Positions 58,498 to 64,000 of a stretch of 64,000 bases of DNA are shown here, piece by piece. Source of the DNA: a virus. The stretch covers positions 64,001 to 128,000 of the IMG/VR virus record IMGVR_UViG_3300042731_004976; one strand, written 5' to 3'. The notes beneath the pieces were generated by a model. The model was not told the DNA's origin and ran no database searches. It saw only the letters and a program-made list of their open reading frames with translations. Each line of letters opens with the position of its first letter. Positions within the stretch are counted from its first letter, which is position 1. The position numbers were made by a program, and so were the translations under genes.

Positions 58498-59322
58498 ATG
58501 ATCGTGCCTAAGCGGGTCGTTGTAGTCGTCAAACGCAGCTCGTGGTCTCAGCGTGTGTCCTCCGGGGAACCACTTCCGGCCGGTTGGAAGCGTAAGGCGT
58601 TAGCAAGCCACAAGCAGCAGCAGAGGATCAGAGATCGAGTCCTTGACCTGATCCGTGGCTTTGGTGTGAAGCCTTGGATCGTTGAAGGCGCAGAGACTGC
58701 TTTCAACGCGCGAGGTGCGGACCTTGTGGTGTCTGTTGGAGGTGACGGTACTTTGCTTTCAGCGAGCCACTACGTTGGCAAGGAACCATTGCTCGGCATC
58801 AACAACGACCCGGGACGGAGCGAGGGACACTTCTGTGTCGATACCAGCGATGACCTCAGCCGCACGTTGGAGCAGGCGTTGAAAGATCCTTGCACGCACA
58901 GTGTGACTCGCATGCGTGTCTCCGTAGGAAGACGGGTGGTGGCAGATCGAGTTCTCAATGAAGCTCTCTTCAGCCACACGTGTCCCGCAGCCATGACGCG
59001 CTTCCAACTCGGGAGCTACAAGTACGCTTGTTCTGGGGTGTGGGTAGGAACGGGTGCCGGCTCTACGGGTGCGCTGGCCTCTGCCGGGGGCGAGGCGATG
59101 CCGTTGTCTGCACACAAGCTGCAAGCCGTCATTCGAGAACCCTTCAAGGAATACGATGGCAACGTCATCCGCTACCAGAGTCGATCGATTCGTCTCACGA
59201 GCCTTACTGACGATGCGACACTCTACCTGGACGGACCGTTCCTCCGCGTACCTGTGGGTCTGGAAGACGTCGTCGTGTTCGATCGATCTCCGTCTCCTCT
59301 GAACCTGGTGATGAACCCATGA
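58498..59322 (+). CDS. nadK: NAD(+) kinase
   Basis: VSVGGDGTLL, LGIN..P..S.G.F, LNE, GV.VGTG.GST..LASAGG, LDG. Confidence 0.9.
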   Translation: MIVPKRVVVVVKRSSWSQRVSSGEPLPAGWKRKALASHKQQQRIRDRVLDLIRGFGVKPWIVEGAETAFNARGADLVVSVGGDGTLLSASHYVGKEPLLGINNDPGRSEGHFCVDTSDDLSRTLEQALKDPCTHSVTRMRVSVGRRVVADRVLNEALFSHTCPAAMTRFQLGSYKYACSGVWVGTGAGSTGALASAGGEAMPLSAHKLQAVIREPFKEYDGNVIRYQSRSIRLTSLTDDATLYLDGPFLRVPVGLEDVVVFDRSPSPLNLVMNP

Positions 59323-59620
59323 CTCCCGAGGAAGGCGTCGAGTTTCAGGTGGGTTCGGAGCCTGAGCTGGCTCCAGGAGTGCGGGGTGTCGTGTTCGACA
59401 CGGAGAAGGGCATCTACGTTCCTCTCATTTTGGCCGAGGAACCCGGTAGCGGAGCGGTTTCCGCTTGGCTCGACACCTTACCCGCAGATCGCCGCGTTGT
59501 TTTTCCCAACGTGCTAAATGGTAAGCTACGCACGATGCTACAGCGTCGAGGATTTCACGAATCCCGAGAGCTGGATCCGATGAGCGGTGATCTGGTAGAG
59601 ATCATGGAGCGCTTAGGCTC

Positions 59621-59995
59621 ATGACGCACGGTAGTACGCCAAGAGCGCGAGGAAACGCGCTTACTCCGCAGCAAAGCTACTTGCTGAACCTAGCTTGTCG
59701 GGGTCTTGTAGATGCTTTCGGTCCCAACATCTTCCAGGTAGGCTCCTCGATGAGCCGACGGGACTACCGAGACGTAGACGTTCGGTGCATTCTGGATGAT
59801 GCGGAGTTCGAGCACCTGTTTCCCTCTTGCTCGGAGCGCCCGCACGCCAACGCCTTGTGGAAGGTGCTCTGCGCTGCGATTTCCGACCATCTCTCTCGAA
59901 TCACGGGCCTGCTCATCGACTTTCAGTTCCAGCAGCGGACGCAGGCCAACACAGAGTACCCGGGACAGATCAGAAGCGCGCTGGGAGTCAGATGA
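59621..59995 (+). CDS. minimal nucleotidyltransferase-like protein
   Basis: VGSS....YRDVDVR (GS..DxD), IDFQ. Confidence 0.6.
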   Translation: MTHGSTPRARGNALTPQQSYLLNLACRGLVDAFGPNIFQVGSSMSRRDYRDVDVRCILDDAEFEHLFPSCSERPHANALWKVLCAAISDHLSRITGLLIDFQFQQRTQANTEYPGQIRSALGVR

Positions 59996-60082
59996 TGCCG
60001 ATGAAGCTGCGTGGATCTTTAACGGCGCCCCTCCTTCCGGGCGATGGACGTACAACTGGTTCTGGGAACTGAAAGAGAGACA

Positions 60083-60568
60083 ATGCAAAACCTACTGCCC
60101 TACCGCGAGCTTCTGCTGAAGAACATCGAGAGCGTGGTGAAGCTCGCCGGAAACGATGCCTACGTGCTGCGAACCTCTACGGAGGTCACCGCTACGCTGT
60201 GCGAGCTGATTCAGATCCCTGATGAAGTGCTCATCCAACCACTAGAGGCTCCCCTCGGAGTCGTCACTACGGCCGAGCACTACAAGCCGGGTTGGTTCCA
60301 AGACTACGATCCGTGGGAAGGAGAAGGCATCCCTCACAAGTTGATTCAGGCCGAAAGAACACATCTTCCTTGGCAACCTGCCCAGGAACCGAGCTGGGAG
60401 GAGGTAGCCCGCGGAATCGAAGAGTCGATCAAGAAGGTTCTGAAAGGCACTCCACCCGCGTCGGGGCAGAGTGCGGCGCTGGTCTACTCCCCGTACATGC
60501 TTCTTCTTTGGACTACGGATTCGCATCGGCCCTACTACACGCGGCACGCTCTGACGTGGATCGCGTGA
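60083..60568 (+). CDS. miniaturised T4 gp23-type major-capsid-like protein
   Basis: IQPLEAPLGVV, IQAERTHL, AALVYSPY, YYTRH in the same order as gp23 VQPMNSPTG, IEAKSRQL, AGIYYAPY, FKTRY. Confidence 0.5.
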   Translation: MQNLLPYRELLLKNIESVVKLAGNDAYVLRTSTEVTATLCELIQIPDEVLIQPLEAPLGVVTTAEHYKPGWFQDYDPWEGEGIPHKLIQAERTHLPWQPAQEPSWEEVARGIEESIKKVLKGTPPASGQSAALVYSPYMLLLWTTDSHRPYYTRHALTWIA

Positions 60569-62212
60569 ACGTATGGGTATTCGCAGCGTCGAGGACATGA
60601 AGAACGACAACCGTCCTGAGGACAGCAAGTTCGACAAGGATCGAGTGTGATGAGTGCTGAGAACCTACTAGCTCGCTTGGTCTTCGACTCAGAAGAGATG
60701 TGCGGCCGTCCGTTGCCGGACATCCAGGAGAAGGACTCTCGGGTGACCTTTACCTTTCGCATCGAGGGTTCGGACATGGTCTGGTCTGGCTTCGCGTGGC
60801 TAGGACCTGGGTATGCTCCTGGTCCTACGCTCGCGAAGATTCACCCCCTAGCGAAGGAGGCTCGTGAGCTTCTGGTGCCGGGTACGCGCATCTCGTTCTG
60901 TTACGCCGGACCGTACTTCACGGGAGCGGGAGAGATCCTCCCGATCCACATCGCGACAGGGATTATCGAGCACGGGCGTCCGGTGTACTGGTGTGATGCG
61001 AAGCCTATCGCAGGAGAGTTGGACAAGGAGGAGTACTCGTTGACGATCCTAAACGGAACCGACAAACCGGGTAATTCGACATGCTCCGAGTGCTGGGTGC
61101 GCTTCGAGGAAGCGATGAAGGCGCATTCTTCTGGAGGTCACCCGTGAGACGCGAGCCACCTCCCGATCCTATCGAGCTAGAACCTCGTACGACAGGGGAC
61201 GCGGTTTGGGGTGTCGTACTTGTCGTGTTTGCTGTTCTCGGCGTGCTTGCTCTCATAGGCATGGTTGCGGTGGCCGCCTTTCTTCCGACTCCGTGATGCT
61301 TACCGGAACGCCTTGCCCCGAGTGCCTGAGCGGAGATCTCGTCTTCGTCGTGGTGTGGGGCGACACGGCTTGCCGGCGTTGCGGTCAGAAGGTCTCAGAA
61401 CGTTTGACCCGCAAGGAGATCCGGGCGTGCATGAAGGAACGTCGTAGGTTGGCTGCGGAGGAAGCTGCGAAGGAAGAGGACTCTTGACCATCGCTTTTCT
61501 TTACGGTAGCATTCTGTTCCTATGTATCGGTACGGGTTACGTTCCGGTTTTGACTCTGACGGTTCGGGAGCTGCACACGTGAAGAAAGAGGTGGGGATCG
61601 AAGAGAGTGCCGAAATCCAGATCGATGGCCCCCTCTTCGTGGCGTTTCTCTTTATCTTGATCTTTTCTTTCGGGGCGCTGCTGTTTTCCGTGTTCACCCT
61701 GTGGCAGATAGGGAAGGTCGAGAAGATGCTGGAAGAGCATCACGTACAGGGACGCTGTCCGTGATCCGTTGGCGTCCAGACGTACCTTACTGCGAGTGCG
61801 TCCGTCGACACTTTGAAAGCTGCGGCGCGTACCGCAGAAGGGATATACCATGAATGACGACCTGCAAGATACTGGGGAGATCAACACTCTGGACGAGGCG
61901 TATTTTCACCTGAGCAACTCGGGCATCAACGTGTGCCTTGTCGAGGAACGCATGGAACGGACGCGACAAGACCTGGTTCGCGTTCGAGAGCACACCTTCT
62001 ACGTCGACTTTCAGATGCACGCCTTCAACACCAAGCTGTCGCTGCGTCTTCCCCTGGAGACCTCGGCCTTTGCTCACTGGCTTGGGTGGGCTTTGGTACG
62101 TGCTTCGAAGAAGATGCGTGTCGTCGAGCAGGAGGAGCAGATGAAGTACACCTCGATGGAGGAGCCTCAAGTGAAGTACTCCTCGGGGGCTGTCGAGTCC
62201 GGTTGAACTTCC

Positions 62213-62232
62213 ATGCGTCCATGTGGACGCAT
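62213..62232. repeat. 20-bp palindrome, copy 3 (one mismatch)
   Basis: ATGCGTCCATGTGGACGCAT, 7 nt after a stop codon. Confidence 0.8.
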
Positions 62233-62670
62233 CAGGATTCCCGTGGCGTGGCCGACCATGAGGTCGGTTGGGGACCCACTTCGGATCGCGTGTGGGACAC
62301 GCCACCTTTCAGGAGATGCGCATGAGCAAGTGGAAGAACGTGGTTTGGCGCCATCCGGACGGGGACCTGGTTCGCTTGATTCCCCAGACTGAGCAGGCAG
62401 CTGAGGACCTCGAACGCTGTGGACCGAAGATCTTCGAAGGTCTGAAGAAGCTGGGCTACGAGCCGGTGTCGGTGGAGCTGTCGAAAACTCCCGACGGGGT
62501 TCCAATTCACTAGCAGGGACTCCCAGTGATCACTGTGGGGGAGCTGATGGTCGACCCACAAGCAACCCGGCGCTTGGCTCAGTGGCTTCGGTTGAAGACC
62601 GAAGGCATGAGCGACCGTCAGGTAGCAAAGCTAGTACGCTGGAGAATCACTCGTCGGCAGATGCGCTGGT

Positions 62671-63168
62671 TCACCTACGAGGAGGTCGCTCGGAGCGCGC
62701 CCAAGCGATGATCTTGGAGTCGACGCACTCTCTTGCTTCGGCGTCCCATGCTTGAAGCTCGTCCCACAGCTCGTTGAACCCGGAGAGTTGCCCTGGGGGT
62801 AGGCCTCGTTCAAGCGCAGCTTTCTGGAGCATGAGAAACGCGCTCTCGATGTCCTCCCGGCGGTGGAGGGAGAAGACCATTTGGCTGCTGTCCGGGTCTG
62901 AGGCCCGCACCCAGCACAGGGGTAGGGTCTCCAGCTCCTTGCGGTAGGCAGCCACCAGGGCCTCCAGGAGCCTTGTAGGGACGCGCTGGTGGAACTTCCG
63001 GAGCCCTGGGTTGCCGTAGTCCTCCCAGCGCAGCAGCTCGCCCCTAGCCTCGAAGACGAGGCCCACGGTGAGCAAATGCTCGGGGTCCGGTTCCTTCTCA
63101 GAGAGGGCGGTTCCCTGGAGCAGGAGGTTCAACATGTGGATGCGCTCGGTACGGATTGCGTCGTTCAT
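62671..63168 (-). CDS. hypothetical protein
   Basis: 165-aa isolated minus-strand ORF with protein-like composition. Confidence 0.55.
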   Translation of the reverse strand: MNDAIRTERIHMLNLLLQGTALSEKEPDPEHLLTVGLVFEARGELLRWEDYGNPGLRKFHQRVPTRLLEALVAAYRKELETLPLCWVRASDPDSSQMVFSLHRREDIESAFLMLQKAALERGLPPGQLSGFNELWDELQAWDAEARECVDSKIIAWARSERPPRR

Positions 63169-63208
63169 GCCCCCAAGGACGCAGAGGGGTCTCGGAATCT
63201 GACGAAGA

Positions 63209-63266
63209 AAAAAGATCCGTTTTCTAGATCCAACCCCTTGACCATCCCGATTCTATGCGATACCTT
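63209..63266 (+). promoter_or_regulatory. promoter subclass (AAAAAGATCCG plus CTATGCGATA)
   Basis: AAAAAGATCCG...TTGACC-17-TACCTT. Confidence 0.72.
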
Positions 63267-63541
63267 GGTGTTGGAAGGAAGAAGGAACCGATGGAAACAC
63301 TGGAGTTCGTACAGAACGTGAGCAAGCATGCAGGGGAAGAGGGGCTGGTCCTGAGCCTCTGCGGTTCGGACGGGTTCGAGATCGGCGTGCAGTTGCCTCA
63401 GGGTTTCGGTGTCGGGCGGGAGACCCCTGAGTACCGGGACCTTCGGGCTTGCCGTGCGGTGGACCAGGAGTGGACGGTGGAGGCTCAGACGGAGCTGGGC
63501 GTGCTGTTCCTCGACATGCTTCGGGACGGGGAGCTGGGCTG

Positions 63542-63916
63542 ATGGCACGGGCAGGCAGTAGCGATCTTCGCTTCGAGGACTACGAGTACGAGTTGGAGCG
63601 CGAGTCCCCGATCTTGGACGAGAACGGAGAGATCGAGGACTACGACTACGAGTGCATCACGCTATTCATCAGCGGCAACTACGACCCGGGCGAGGCTCCT
63701 AGCTGGGGCTACTACGGGGGTTGCCCGGGGGCTCCGGCAGACGTCGAGATCTTCACCATCGAGGTGGAGGACGAGGACGGCAAGCGGGTCAAGTGGGACG
63801 GCACGCTGGACAAGGACGAGGAGCGTCAGGTGTGTGCCTCTCTGCGAGAGCAGGCTGAGGACGAGATCCGGATGTGGAAAGAGGACGCTGCTGCGGCACG
63901 CGCGGGGCTCGACTGA
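63542..63916 (+). CDS. acidic hypothetical protein
   Basis: TGATG coupling to the upstream gene 63291..63542. Confidence 0.6.
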   Translation: MARAGSSDLRFEDYEYELERESPILDENGEIEDYDYECITLFISGNYDPGEAPSWGYYGGCPGAPADVEIFTIEVEDEDGKRVKWDGTLDKDEERQVCASLREQAEDEIRMWKEDAAAARAGLD

Positions 63917-64000
63917 TGGTTTCGAACGAGCGTGTCTCGTTGAGGCCCCAGCGCTTCCGTTTTCGGGTCGGTGCTGTCGTGGCTCTGTCTCAGGAGGGGT

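Noticed and set aside
30664-60568. gp23-like ORFs as the real major capsid gene or a split structural module
   Set aside because: Each is under 200 aa, they are dispersed over 30 kb with overlapping motif coverage, and no portal, terminase, protease or tail genes are nearby.
1-64000. tRNA/rRNA genes, integrase, transposase, introns or inteins
   Set aside because: No cloverleaf with a T-loop consensus or recombinase/transposase motifs noticed, and RecA, DnaB, primase and ThyX have normal lengths. This is manual reading only; tRNAscan and Rfam were not run.

Overview
This window is part of a large, GC-rich (roughly 60% by eye) bacteriophage or phage-plasmid genome. A Cys-rich, Gly/Ser-linked lipoprotein hints at a myxobacterial host. 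Bases 1-28.6 kb are almost entirely minus-strand. They carry AlkB, a 1326-aa kinase+ADP-ribosyltransferase(ART)-like polyvalent protein, ParB, a full recombination/replication block and a MoxR-vWA pair. The replication block contains SSB, RuvC, a Cas4-like nuclease, RecA, an SF2 helicase, a second ssDNA-binding protein, primase, DnaB, a DnaC-like loader, and an HTH initiator with internal iterons. Bases 28.6-64 kb are mostly plus-strand early/accessory genes: UvrD, two ARTs, TrpC-like and TrpF-like barrels, an HD hydrolase, SpeE, a macrodomain, an NrtR-NAMPT-CinA/NMNAT operon, ThyX, NAD kinase and many small ORFs. They are driven by a conserved TTGACHATC-N14-TAnnnT promoter family, often leaderless. 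I saw no bona fide structural module, DNA polymerase, integrase, tRNA or CRISPR array. The most striking observations are: (1) four dispersed small ORFs built from conserved motifs of the T4 gp23-type major capsid protein (candidate capsid decoys or mimics); (2) two unrelated ART domains sharing a ~25-aa N-terminal leader ending in L-x-E (candidate capsid-targeting signal); (3) a write/erase/sense/recycle NAD-ADP-ribose gene set, with tandem NrtR boxes over the nrtR promoter; (4) a ~190-nt multibranched candidate ncRNA; (5) a 20-bp intergenic palindrome present three times (candidate parS or operator). All family calls come from motif recognition by eye; no database searches were run.
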